This document shows, one piece after another, positions 9,997 to 23,054 of a stretch of DNA of 64,000 nt. This stretch comes from Okamejei kenojei. Taxonomy: Eukaryota. The stretch spans positions 22,754,001-22,818,000 of the forward strand of contig CM069162.1 in the NCBI GenBank assembly GCA_035221665.1, read 5' to 3'. Under the pieces are notes generated by a model. That model was not told the DNA's origin. It made no database searches and saw only the letters and a list, made by a program, of their open reading frames with translations. Numbering within the stretch: the first letter of the stretch is position 1; each line of letters starts with the position of its first letter. The position numbers were made by a program, and so were the translations under genes.

Positions 9997-12900
9997 GTTT
10001 TAACATTTCCATGAATGGCTTTGTATCAGACTGAATCGGATTTAAATCAGATTTTATGCGCTCATACGTTAACTCTATTATAGGAAGGCTTGTTAATGTT
10101 GAAAATAACATGAAAATATATTTGAAATGGAGAATTCTGTTTTTGTTGTAATTAGTCACATATCTTGTAACTTGCATGTGAATTTTTAAACAAGCCAGAG
10201 AAGTAAATGGACTGAAGTATTTTTCTGGGAAAGCTAACTAGACTAGGATTTAACAATACTATTTTGTAAAAGTATTAATAATAAATAGTAAAAGATCATT
10301 TCTTGTATTGGCTGATGGAGACATCGGGCTTATCAGTTTAAAATTACTGCAAAAAGACTTACACAACGGGTCGGAAGCTGGCATGCTTTGCTTTGTGACT
10401 GGCGAGTGGAGATTTATAATTCTGAAGGGAAATTTGGATAAATATTTAACACAGGAGGCGTTACCGGCTATGGAGGAAGAGCAGAGCAATGCAGTCAGTT
10501 TCAGAGTTTTTGTATTGCAAGCTTCTGAAGATCGCTGAGGCTTGCTAATGGTCAAGAGATTTTCTTAGCACAAAGTATAATCAGGTTAATAGTTATAAAC
10601 ACGGTTTCTTAAATAAAAACACAAATAGCTCAAAGAAATTGAATCAGTGGAGGCGAAAGAGATGAAAAGCAGCTGTCTGTAATAAAAGGGAACATTGCTC
10701 AATGGGATCTTGGGAATTTGGAACTACACAGCACCACGCATGTTACATATGAGCAAGTGTTCTTTGCTGCCTTTAATTGAAATTCTCCTGCTATTCCAGA
10801 CGCGTACAACGTTGAAAGTAAATAATGGAACACTTGGAGTTTAGGTGTTTAAATGTATATGTACATGCTTCTCATTCACTGCCAGCTGCTGCTTAACGCA
10901 GCCAGATTAACAAATGCCGACATTTGGCAGTCTGTCTGTTAGTTTTAAATTGAAACAAAATTGCCCAGTTGCACAATTCTGGCTTGCTGCACTGGTAGTT
11001 GGTTCAGAATGAAACTAGTGTTTAGTGCCAATGTATAATTGGGCAAATTATCATTCATTTATATATAAAGAAACACATGCCATTTTAAAAGAAAGATGTG
11101 GGCTTTGTACAGTGCAACCACAGTATCCTGTTTTCTACTCTGTGCACTTATAGTTTAGTGACATTTCTGTAATTATCGATGGGAATGTTTGTATGTCTTG
11201 TATTGATCTGTTTTGATGAATAGCTGGTGGCAGGCGTCCAGTGTGAATACCCCTTCCCCCACCTCCCAAACCTCCTTTCCCCCCTCTCTGCAATGCTGAA
11301 TGAGTCAAGCCATTGGAATGTCTGGAGCATTGAGGAAAAGCAAAGCTTGTCTGGGAAAGTACTGTAATTTCTCTGGGGCATTGGAAAAGTTCTTTACTGT
11401 TTCAAACTGTCCATTAAAATTCAAGGCTGTGGCTTTATTAGTTTGAATTAGTTTTTGTGTGCAAATTGATGTGTGTGCCTGGGACAGTGGAGGTTACCAG
11501 AAGGAAGAGTGAAGTGCATCTTATTTACTTTTGCCGGTACCATGTGCTGTAACTCAATTTAATTGTGGTGCACAGTGTCAAGTACACAGCAGAATTGTCT
11601 TTCTTTAATTTGATGTAGTCTCCTTCAGGGAATGACCAAATTCAAATGCATGTTGCAGCTACCCCTGTCTCTGCAGATGGAGTTTAAAAAAGCAATTTTA
11701 AATTTTTGGTGGAGCAGCAGAAAACTTTGTTCTGTTTTTTTGTAATATAGAAATTTACAGCACAGGAAGAGGCTGTTTGTCCCTTCAAGTCTATGTCATC
11801 GGAAAGGCTGCTCAGACTGTATACACATGCTTTTTACTGAACTGTAAGCAAAAAAATAATGTCACTGTACCTAGGTACATGTGACAATAAAGTGCCATTG
11901 AACGATTGCTCTGTAGTCTCGTGGCTCTAGTCCGTTGAGAGCATATCCAGGCTCAAAATGTGGTATGTGTTGACTTGCTTTTCTACCTTTTCTATGCCGC
12001 TTTTAACAGCAAAATCAATCTTCCTGTCATCTGCTGGTCATGGCACCCATTATTTCCACGTGTTTTTCTCAAAAGATGCTGAAGCTTTTAATGTTCTACT
12101 TGCGACAACTTAGTTAGCGGTGGGGGAATGTAGATGGTGTTGGGGGAATCTTCTGATACCCTGAAACCTCTGCCCTGGGCAACACTGTTCAAACACGCTC
12201 CACCATCTACTAAGTGGGCAACCTGGCTTTTGGCAATGAGGCCCAGCCTGGCAGCGGCAGGGTTGCCATGGTGCAAGCAGGCCACACGCGGATTTTGACA
12301 TCCACTGCCCCTCATTGCCTTGAACCAGGCTCACCGGTCTCCGAAGCTGTGACAGGGTTACTGAACATGTTGGTGAGCGATCAGGACCAGTAGTGGCTTT
12401 TTAATGTAATAAATAAAAAATACTATTTAAAAAAAATTATATTTTTAAATAGCATTCAACATGCTAAACCGATTCACTAAAAACATTGAAATGTTTAAGT
12501 AAAAAATAAACAAGTGATCACCTCCCAGCAGTGAATGACATCCGCCAATGGCACCTGACGAGGTTTACTGAAGGCAGACGTTACAATCTTTGAGCAGGGA
12601 GAGCAATTGTTCCCTGCCCGCTCCTTTGTTTGCATGCCCGTTACATCCTTGTAAATTATAATTATTTCCCTTAATTTGATTTACCAATATTTTATCATGC
12701 ACTTTAACTTTTTTGCTTCACCCTGAACATATATATATTCTTGTAGACTTATTTTGGACAGAAGCTTTTTTCATGCATTATCCCACCAGTCTTTGACATC
12801 TAGCTGATACAAATTTCAAAATCTAATGCATTTTATTAATGAGAATATGTATCTGGAATTTTGCCTAAAGTGCTGCACTAAATGTGCTGTATTCATTCCC

Positions 12901-13176
12901 ATTGCAAGAATTTTGGAGGCAGGACACAGAGTACGCATCCAACTACATTGGGTATTGATTGGAACCTACAATGACCCTTTATAAATGACTCCTGTAAACA
13001 GGCTTGGGATGAGAAGAGGTGGTGCGTGAGTGATAGAGTGAATGTTCAAGGCAGTGGATGGGCTGTCTTGGGTGATGTGTTAAAGTTGCAGTCGTGCAGG
13101 AAAATGGCACGTATTCCATCACATGCTTGTCGAGCACTTCAGAGATGGTGAAAGGCTTTGGGGGTAGGGTGATAGT

Positions 13177-13450
13177 TTAGGTTATTATTGTCACGTTTAT
13201 CAAGGTACAGTTAAAAGCTTTTATGTCACATGCTAACCAGTCAATGAAAAGACTTTGCACAATTACAATCAAGCTGTCCACAGTGTACAGGTGCAGGATA
13301 AAGGGTATATCATTTAGTGCAAGGTAAAGTCTGATTAAGGATGGTTCAAACGTCTCCAATGAGATAGATGGGTGGTCAGGACTGCACTCTAGCTGGTGAG
13401 AGGATGGTTCAGTTGCCTGATAACTGCTGGGAAGAAATTGTCCCTGAATC
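13177..13450 (-). mobile_element. Rex1/Babar-type LINE 3' end
   Basis: Minus strand encodes a FRDNFFPAVIRQLN-like C-terminus; the 3' UTR stem tgtac..gtgacaataa is shared with 11855-11895, 57815-58075 and 58428-58525. Confidence 0.6.
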
Positions 13451-14683
13451 AGATGAGTCATTGATCTTTCTGTCTACTGATTAAAACATCTTTCAAATAT
13501 ATTTTAAATAATTACCCATTACCTAGAACTTTTTAATTCCTTATTTTCAAGTTTATGAAATCTTCTTCTATCACTGTCTCTTATAATTTGCATTTCAGTT
13601 TCCCTCTAATAGTCCTTAGTGGGTCCAGTGGAGATGTATTCTGCACCTCAATTCAACCAATGATCACATCTGATGATTTTTCTGGTTCACACAACAGAAA
13701 TTGTTTCATGAGCATGAAGTCAGCAGAGGTGAATGAGTTATTCAACAATGTTTTCAGTTCTGAAAAGATGCCCCCTTTTTGATGCAGCTTTGGAAACACA
13801 GTTCAACACAAACTGGCATTTGAACATGGGCCTGTGTTCCTGATATCTTCTCTGCAGTGTTTTGCATGAACTTTGGAAGATCTTAGCTAAAACTGTTTTC
13901 TTGGAATTTACGACTCTGTGGAAAGCCATCCGGCCAATTGGTCGATGCCCATGTTATGAATGAGCTGCATTCCACACCACCTCATCCAACATTGTGAACG
14001 TCACCAGCTCCACTTCGGTCTGCAGTGGATAACCGTCGATCACTTTAAATACATTTTGGGGGACAATTCATATCTACATTATTGAGGTTGTAATTGGTGT
14101 CTGAGAGTGTGCATTTACATAAACACCACATCAGGGTCCACACTAGTTGTCTGAGGTATTTGGGCAGCAGTCTCCCTCTCATGTACAATGCCGGAGGTAC
14201 AACTGACCTCGCCCAGGAAACGTTCACAAAGGTCTTTCCTTGCAGTGTGGTGCAAATTGGGCCCTGTTGTGCCAGCCTTTGGCACCATGAGATCCAGCTT
14301 CAATGAGAGCCATTTTAGTGATGAGTCCCCTACACACAAAGGATCTGCTGAAAGACACCATGTTTGCACTGGGTGCTCCCCAGAACCAGTGCTGCACCTA
14401 TGCACATTAGTGCCACCATTCAGATCCTGCAGATCACAATGACCAGTGAGAAATAACACACTTCCTTGAAGCTATCTAGCCGAAGCACAGCATTGCAGAG
14501 ATGGCCAGGTGTCAGGCAGGCTCTGCTCTGGATTCTGAAATAGTCCCCAAGTTCTTTTTTTAAATTGAAGAAAGCAATAAAGTCATAGCATTGAGCCAAG
14601 AAGAACAGGACATACCTCAGGAAAGAGTACTAGATGTACCGATCCTCCTGATGTCCTGAGATTAATTTCTCAGCAAGCTGTTT

Positions 14684-16125
14684 CATAAGTTCATATGTTA
14701 TAGGTGCTGAAATAGGCCATTCCGTCCATCAATTCCAGTCCGCTATTCAATCATGACTGATCTATCTTTCCCTCCCAACCCCATCCTCCTGCCTTCTCCC
14801 CACGACCCCTGACACCCTTGCTAATCAAGAATCTGTCAATCTCCACCGTAACAATATCCATTGACTTGGCCTCAACAGCCTTCTGTGGCAATGAATTCCA
14901 CAGGTTCAGCATCCTCTGACTAAAGAAATCCCTCCTCATCTCCTTTCCAAAGTTACGTCCTTTTATTCTGAAGCTATAGCCTCTGATCCTGGACTTGCCC
15001 ACAAGTGGAAATATCCTCTCCATGTCTACTCTATCCAGGTCTTTCACTCCGTCTACGCTGCATCTGCACCCAGGATGAGTTTTTCCATTTCAGGTCATCG
15101 GAGATGTCCTCATTCTTTAGGAAACGAGGTTCCCCTCTTCCATTATAGATGAGGCTCTCACTAGGGTCTCCTTGATATCCTGCTGCTCCGCTCTTGCTCC
15201 CCCTCCCACCCATTCATAACAAGGACAGAGTGCCCCTTGTCCTCACCTTCCACCCCATCAGCCGTCGCATACAGCATATAATCCACCAACATTTTTGCCA
15301 TCTCCAACGGGTTCCCACTACTGGCCACATCTTCCCATCGCCACCCCTCTGATTTCCACAGAGACCTTTCCCTCTGCAACTCCCTCGTCAACTCGCCCCT
15401 TCCCACCCAAACCACCCTCTCCCCAGGTACTTTCCCCTGCCACCGCAGGAGATGCAACATCTGACTCTTTACCTCCTCCCTCGACTCCATCCAAGGACCC
15501 CAACAGTCTTTTAAGGTGAGGCGGAGGTTCACTTGCACCTCCACCAACCTCATCTACTGTATCCGCTGTTCCAGATGTCAACTGCTGTACATCGGCGAGA
15601 CCAGGCGCAGGCTCGGTGATCGTTCCGCTGAACACCTCCGCTCAGTCTGTCTTAACCTCTCTGATCTCCTGGTTGCTCAGCACTTTAACTCCCCCTCCCA
15701 TTCCCAATCTGACCTTTCTGTCCTGGGCCTCTTCAATTGTCAGAGTGAGGCACAGCGCAAATTGGAGGGACAAACAGCACGTTATATTTTGCTTGGGTAG
15801 CAAGTATGAACATTGACCTAACTTCAAATAGCCCTCTCTCTCCATCCCCTCCCCCTTCCCAGTTCTCCTACCCCTCTTACTGTCTCCAACTACATTCTAT
15901 CTCTGTCCCGCCCACTCCCCTGACATCAGTCTGAAGAGCGTTCTCGACCCAAAATGTCACCCATTCCTTCTCTCCAGAGATGCTGCCTGTCCCGCTGTGT
16001 TACATTTTGTCCCGCTGAGTAGACATTTTGTGTCCACCCAGGTCTTTCACTTTTCGGTAAATTTCAATGTGGACCCCTCATCCTTATAAACACTCAACGA
16101 GTACAGGCCCAGTGCCGTCAAACGC
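14684..16125 (-). mobile_element. CR1 LINE 3' fragment interrupted by a Penelope insertion
   Basis: ORF 14751-15047 (DRVDMERIFPLVGKSRIRG...FFSQRMLNLWNSLP); CR1 sequence resumes at 16052 after the duplicated target. Confidence 0.85.
15049..16037 (+). mobile_element. Penelope-like element, 5'-truncated: RT thumb/linker, GIY-YIG endonuclease and 3' terminal repeat with hammerhead motif
   Basis: KDRVPLVLTFHP...; FTCTSTNLIYCIRCSRCQLLYIGETRRRLGDR (GIY-YIG); 14-bp TSD CCAGGTCTTTCACT at 15035-15048 and 16038-16051; ctgaaga...aaaatgtc at 15931-15958. ORF is disrupted. Confidence 0.9.
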
Positions 16126-16637
16126 TTGTTTTTGTGCAGTTAGGACGGGCTCCAACTTGCAAGCCAAGTTGACAGTGAAATCAGCTCGGGGACTTTGAGC
16201 ATCCCAGTTCATTGCCACCTTTGTGCCCACAAACAAACAATGAGAAATGTGTACCCCAGTGTGCACAAAGCATTTGTCTGCTGAGAGGTGAGCAAAGGGT
16301 CAGTCCACGCTTATAATTGCGGTTTTGTTCAATGAAATGCACTGTCTGGTTTTGGACTAACTGACCAGACAGTCTCAATAAACAGTCTGCATTTTATGGT
16401 TGGATGGCAAAGTTCATATTTTGTGACTAAAGATCTTATGGTTGGCGAGTATATTTGCTGCACTGAAGACATACAGTCATTGAGGAAATGCTGCAGAGAG
16501 GAGACTAATTTCCTATAAAGGATATTTATATGACACATGTACAGAACCCTGTGCCGGTCCTTGCAACTGGATGATGCATAGGTTAAATTTTTGTATAAAC
16601 TGTCTTGCTCCAAAAAAAATAACTTTAAAGATCTCTC

Positions 16638-16895
16638 NNNNNNNNNNNNNNNNNNNNNNNNNNNNNNNNNNNNNNNNNNNNNNNNNNNNNNNNNNNNNNN
16701 NNNNNNNNNNNNNNNNNNNNNNNNNNNNNNNNNNNNNNNNNNNNNNNNNNNNNNNNNNNNNNNNNNNNNNNNNNNNNNNNNNNNNNNNNNNNNNNNNNNN
16801 NNNNNNNNNNNNNNNNNNNNNNNNNNNNNNNNNNNNNNNNNNNNNNNNNNNNNNNNNNNNNNNNNNNNNNNNNNNNNNNNNNNNNNNNNNNNNNN
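16638..16895. other. Assembly gap
   Basis: Run of N. Confidence 1.
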
Positions 16896-17439
16896 CTTTC
16901 AAATAAAATGTATGCAAATGTTTTAATTTATCAGGATCTGTAATTAAATGAAATTGCATTTTATCTGATCAACCAGAAAAAGTAATGGGGTTTTCAGAGA
17001 TCTCTGGCATTACAAATGTTATCAAGTCCTTTAAATATCTAAGTTTGCTTAATTATAAATCACTAATTAATAGTCGTGAAAGGGCAACTGAAAAAGATGG
17101 AACAATGTGGAATCACAAAAGTGTGATTTTATGTTTGTTTTGTTTTAATGTTCTTATTCTCCAGGAAGGAGCATTCTTTATGACATATTCTTCACCCATG
17201 CGTAGAACCATCAGCACTCTTAATTCCCACATTCTTATCTTGAGTAGTATTTCAAAAGAATATACACTTAATATTAATAATGAGAGAAGGCTTTTCAGTC
17301 TCATTCGGCTGACTTATTTTTGTTATGATCTATGTCAGGATCCACATGGACTATTTAGGGCTTATATTACCTGATTTCTTTAAGCACCATCCTCGTCAGC
17401 CTGCTTGATCATCCTACCCTTTAACACAACTGGTCAAAT

Positions 17440-17728
17440 TCAGGGCTGGTAGAGCTGCTGCCTCACAGGGCTAGAGACCCAGGTTCGATCCTGACCTTGG
17501 GTGCTGTTTGTGTGGAGATTGCACATACTTCCTGAGACACGTAGGTTTTCTTAGGGGTGCTCCGGTTTCCTCCCAAACCTCAAAGACGACGTGTTTGTAT
17601 GTTGATTGGCTGCTGCAAATTACCCGGAATGTTTAGCGACTGGATGCAAAAGTGCGATAACATAGAACTAATGTGGTCTGCCTGGATTTGGTGGGCTGAA
17701 TGGCCTATTTCCATGCTAAATCCCTAAA
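17440..17728 (+). mobile_element. HE1-type V-SINE
   Basis: tRNA-like head (ggtagagctgctgcctcaca...ggttcgatcc), V-domain, CR1-like tail ggcctatttcc. Confidence 0.85.
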
Positions 17729-18118
17729 GATAAATAACAAATGGGACACTTCCCCCCCCCCCCCCCCCCCCCCCACCTTGTTTCCTACCCATTTATACTC
17801 ATGGCAACCCTGGTTCTGGCTTTGCTTCCTTTCACCTCCAAAGTTTCCCAAGGCTTCCCCTCTGGAGACCATCCATTCTCTCCCTCATCTGCATGCAGCC
17901 CTTCAGTGATGTGTGTTAACCTGTGTGACAGCATCCACATGTTTGTTGATATTGATCGCCAGCATCACCACCTCTGTTATTGGATAGCTTAGTTGATGGT
18001 CTCGGATAAGCCTCCCAGCTGAATGATTGGACAACGATCCAGGAGCAATCCAGCATCTAAACATGAGAAATGTGATGTGACAAGAATACACATGCAACTG
18101 AGATACAAGTTTATTGTG

Positions 18119-18412
18119 TTTAGACTTTAAAGATACAGTGCGGAAATAGGCCCTTCGGCCCATCGAATCTTCGCAGATCAGCGATCACCCCTTCCTAGCA
18201 CTAGGAACACTAGGGACAACTTACAATTTTACCGAAGACAATTAACCTACAAATCTGCATGTCTTTGGAGTGTGGAAGGAAACCAGAGCACCCAGAGAAA
18301 ACCCACGCAGTTGCAGGGAGAACATACAAACTCCGTATAGACAGCACCCCTGTAGTCAGGATCAAACCTGGGTTTCTGGAGCCGTAAGGCAGCAACTCTA
18401 TCGGTGTGCCAC
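18119..18412 (-). mobile_element. HE1-type V-SINE
   Basis: Reverse complement of the family at 60426-60737. Confidence 0.9.
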
Positions 18413-20820
18413 AGCGTGTGCTGAATATGTGATATACTCTCAACGTGTATAAATCGCAGTTTCATATCTACAAATATTTTTTTTTTAAATATAATTTTTT
18501 TTTAAATATAATATCTCCCATTTCCTTCTCTCTGTTGTCTAGTTGACAGCCAAGATTAGACTAGGTCAGTTTCCCCTCTAGATCACCTAGTTAATTGAAG
18601 GAACCACTGTAACCCTTAGAACAACCCGAGGGAATCCACCAGTGAGTCACCAGCGAAGGCCCATCATTTGTGCCTTTTGTGTTTATTTAAAACGAAACCA
18701 AAATTATGTAAAAACTACCAAGATATTATTGCAGTTATTGCATGATCCAAATCTGTTCTACACCCAAATTATACTTAAGGTTTATTTGCTCTGAAATCTG
18801 TGTCTCCTTATTTACTGCAAGCTTCCAGCAGATTGCCTTCAGGAAGGTATTAACCTACTTTTACATTTGCATTACCTCTTGTCTTCAGCATGCTGCTAAA
18901 TCTATTTTTGTTCATCTGGTATTCTGTGAGAGAAGTTTCTGAGGTATGTTTTTTAAAGAGATCAGAACTTGCAACCAAGCAAAACAGAAAATGGAGAGGG
19001 GAGTCTTCATTTTAGTATCATAGAGTCATTTTCAGGAAAATGTAGGATTCTTGGGTCTAACATGGAGCCTTGTCTACTTGAGGTACCCCTTCGGAAGAAT
19101 GATCCATTTTGACGCATGTTGTCAGAAAAGTTGCAATCACTATGTGGTGAGAGAGGCTTGCACTGTACGGTGTCAGAACATACACAAATGGATTAGAGAT
19201 TCTGCGTTGGGCCAATGGCTGTATCCTCCTGTCATTTTTCAGGGCAGTGGGACATGGAGTGGACCATTGAGGGTTCTATTGCGGCATCAGCACATGATCG
19301 CTGTCTCCCACTGCCATTCACTGCTGCCTTGGGCTTGCTCGACCAAGCTGAAGCAGTCCGCTCATTTGCAACGCAGGGCAGCTCCTGCAAGTAGTACCTG
19401 CATTGATCGGGGGCCAAGGTTGCATTTGTTGCCGGCACTTCTAGCTTAATGCATCATACACACCGAGATCCTGGCAGCAAATTCATGGGCAGCATCTAGC
19501 ACACTCTCTAGTGAAGTTCCTTCAGCCCACTTTGTCCATGCTGACCACTTTAGCATACTGGGTTCGTCCCATTTGCCTGCACTTTGGGTATATTTGACAG
19601 TGATAGAAATGTTATAGTTGCAGTGATGTAAGGAGGTTAATCTACTGAAGTTGCTTTTAAAATTGTGGGCTGCTTCAAGTTGAAAGAAACTTTTAAAACA
19701 TGTCCTCTATAATTTCCTTTAAAAATAGCATAAACAATGTTATCTGTGAAAGGGAGTATATGTGTTAATCTAAATCAACTAAACTAGAAGTCTAAACGTA
19801 GGTCTTTGGCACTATGACCTTTGTCAGTTATTTGATTAGTGTGAAGAAAAAATGATACTGAGTTCATGTAAATCTTTGCAAGCTGCTTGTTGACAAGATT
19901 CAAAATGTAGAAAGAGATAAAGACTTGAATTGTGCAAATGAGATTGAGGTTTGCTGAATTTTGCATTCAGAGATTTCTTTGCAAGCAGCAAAGATACTAT
20001 TATTCTGGCAAGAATAACCAAGAGCGGAAGAGATAAATCAGGTGTTTTATGTTTCCAGGCTAATCACTAACTTCAGTGTCTTACGCTCATTGCTTTTTGG
20101 GGACTAATTTGTAATTATTTGGAGAATAGATGAATAATAATATATGGTTATCAGATCTCACTCAATCACTTGACCAACATAAGGAAAATGTACTAGAAAA
20201 TCACCGTTTTTTGGCAGAGTTTAAATATTATGCAATGAGAAATTTTGAAGCAGTCATATAAATCTGTACCCTAGAATGCTCTGAAAATTCACATTAACTA
20301 ATAGACTGGTGACCTGTTTCCTTTTTAGTTATCTTTCTTCCTTGGCTTAAAGCTTGGTACTTATTCACTTCCAATACCCTGTCAATAGGCTGTAAACCAC
20401 ATCTGACGGCTCAAAGTAAATCTTTCTAACCTGCTTAATTTAGGGGTACAAAGCCAGATACACACCTGTTTTCTACACTCCCATCTCTCCAACCTGGCTT
20501 CGAAAAGCTGATCAGAAGTAGGAACCCTTGCAGCATCTCACCTCCTTGGCCCCTAGCCATGAAGCTGTTATTGTGATCTCACCATTGCATTTGCCCTCGA
20601 TCAACTAACTTAGGACAATTCTGAGGCCATCTTGACCCCCTGCTCTCTATCATCGGATATCAGTCACCAAGATAGACACTGGGATATTAGGAAGAATGCT
20701 GAATATTGATTTCATTGAAAGTATATGCATATGGTCAATATATTGTTTAAAAACCTTTTCATTGCTTAAGCACCATTTCATAATGAAGGAAGTTTTAATA
20801 TTTTTTCAGCAATTTTTATC

Positions 20821-21106
20821 TTTAGTTTAGAGGTACAGCGCAGAAACAAGCCCTTCGGCCCACCGAGTCCTTGCCGACCAGTGATCCCCCAACGCTAGCA
20901 CTATCCTAAACCGTAGGAACAATTTACAATCTGTACCAAAGCCAATGAAGCTGCAAACATGTATGTCTTTGGAGTGTGGGAGTAAACCGGAGCACCCAGA
21001 GAAAACCCACGTGGTCATAGGGAGAACGTACAAACTCCATACAGACAGCAGCCGTAGTCAGGATTGAACCTGGGTCCAATGGCAGCAACTCTGCCACCGT
21101 GCTGCC
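20821..21106 (-). mobile_element. HE1-type V-SINE
   Basis: Near full-length reverse copy with (ctaaa)n tail. Confidence 0.9.
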
Positions 21107-22097
21107 GTAAATTTAATATTAAATATTTCAAGAGCTCTGGGTAACAATGCAGGACACTCCTATCAAGAAAAGCTTTGCAGTTTACATATGGATTTGCAAC
21201 TCCATCCAAAAGTCTGGGTGAAATTTCTGGTGCAAGATCATTACTGTGAACTAGCTGAGTGTTTGGTTCACTGAGCTGTAATCAGTGGGTATTGGAAGTG
21301 GCTTTGTGGAGAAGAGGTCAGTTGTCTGTCACATTTCCGCATTTGCACCATTACTCGGAGGTGAGCCAGCCTAGATTGCTGTGACCCATACAATGTTGCG
21401 ATGGTCTAAAGCAGGTGCCTCTAAGCCACATTATTTGGTACACTTGGGCAGGCACTGACCAAATGAGGCCAAGTGACAAGATGGACCTCCTCACCTGCGG
21501 CTGCTGCCACTGGAAATGTTGGTAAGGACCATGTTACTCAAGTGCTGATGCCTCGCATTCCTTATTCGGGTTCAAGAAGACGAATGGCTCCCTGACACCC
21601 AGAGTTGATCTGACCTCCAGCTGAAAGTATTCCTCCCCTCTTTTTTCCTCCTGCCTAATGCATCAGCTGCTTCTGTTCTGTGTGCCCAACCTTTGTTCAC
21701 CCTTTGTGCCGTCTTCCAAGGGGAGGCCTGCTGAGGAAGTGAGTCTGGGAGCTGTTGGCTTGAACAAAGACCTTGCAGTCAGCAAAAGATCCTGCAGCAC
21801 CTGGAGCACCCCCTGCCATGGGATTGCGGTTTCAAACAGCTACGTAAAGCAGCAGACACAGAATTATAGCTAAGGCCAACAAACAATCAACCAGCAAACC
21901 AGCTGGGAGTAGTGGATGGTCCCTTTATATCGTGCCGTTGGAGGTCCTTCCTGTTGCATGCATTTCCAGTCCAGTGAGGTTCAGAGCAAACAACAATGGT
22001 GTCTAACGTCACGCTTACGTGCGCTACTTAGCATGCATTCTCAATGAAATGAGGTTCAGCATGCCATTTTTCCACAAGTGAACAAGTGGATCACTTT

Positions 22098-22255
22098 GGC
22101 AGCACAGTGGAGCAGCGGAAGACTGTACTGCCTCACAGCGCCAGTGACCTGGGTTTGATCCTGACTATGGCTGCTGTCTGTAGGGAGTTTGTGCATTCTC
22201 CCTGTGACTGCGTTGGTTTTCTCCGGGTGCTCCTGTTTCCTCCCACACTTCAAAG
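22098..22255 (+). mobile_element. HE1-type V-SINE, 5' half
   Basis: ggcagcacagtggagcagcgg...ggtttgatcctgac...cctcccacac. Confidence 0.85.
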
Positions 22256-22795
22256 AACAGTACAGCACGAGAACAGGCCCTTCGGCCCACAATGATTGTG
22301 CCAAACATGATGCCAAGACCATCTCTTATCTACCCTGCACATATCCATAATTCCTCCATATTTTATCTGCCTCAACTACCATCCCCGGTATCACCCCTTA
22401 ATCCACGTAACCTTCTGGTAAACCTTTTCTGCACCGTTTCATAAACCCCCCCCATAGCCTTCCTGGAATGGGGCGACCAGAACTGCATGCAACTCTCCAA
22501 ATGCAGCCTAATCAAAGTTGTGTCAAGCTGCATCATGACTTACTGACTCTTGTACTCAATGGCCAGACCTATGAAAACAAGCATACAATATGCCTTCTTT
22601 ACCACTACCTAGGTGTTGCCACTTTCAGAGGGATATCGACTTGGACCCCAAGATCCCTTATCGATGATGTTAAGGGTCATGCTCTTTTCCCTTTGCATTT
22701 AATTTCCCGAAGTGCAGCACCTCACACTTGCTCGGATAAAACTCTGCCATTTCTCCACTCTATATCCCGCTGTATACTTTGACAGTCTTTCTCAC
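22253..22795 (-). mobile_element. CR1 LINE fragment (3' tail plus deleted RT C-terminal region)
   Basis: agaacagtacagcac..aacaggcccttcggccc tail; ggcgaccagaactgca (VQFWSP) motif on the minus strand. Confidence 0.75.
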
Positions 22796-22807
22796 AATTG
22801 TTTGAAC

Positions 22808-22862
22808 ATTGTAAGGTGGAGAAATATCCTTACCTCTCAAGGATATTTCTCCACCTTGCAAT
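22808..22862. repeat. 55-nt hairpin: 24-bp stem, 7-nt loop
   Basis: ATTGTAAGGTGGAGAAATATCCTT-acctctc-AAGGATATTTCTCCACCTTGCAAT; the single mismatch is a U.G wobble on the + strand. Confidence 0.9.
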
Positions 22863-23054
22863 AAAATCCAATTGTGAATTTTTGGTTCAGATGTTCTCTC
22901 AGGCCTCTGCCAGAAGGTTACTCTGAGATCTGCATGAGAGACATTCAGGTTAATTTTCTCATCAACTTTGAAGATTACGAGACAACAAGAGTTGAATGTT
23001 AATTACTGTGTTAATTACAGGTCAGTAAGGGATTTAATCTAACGATTGAACTTA

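Noticed and set aside
13700-14540. Possible decayed L1/Tx1 ORF2 C-terminus
   Set aside because: Only a faint resemblance (QETF...C...LW); no diagnostic motif survives, so a profile search is needed.
16513-16959. ORFs spanning N runs (also 55001-55615)
   Set aside because: Artefacts of assembly gaps.
21330-21900. GC-elevated stretch that might be an exon or a LINE ORF1 remnant
   Set aside because: No consistent ORF, splice-site pair or intact zinc knuckle.
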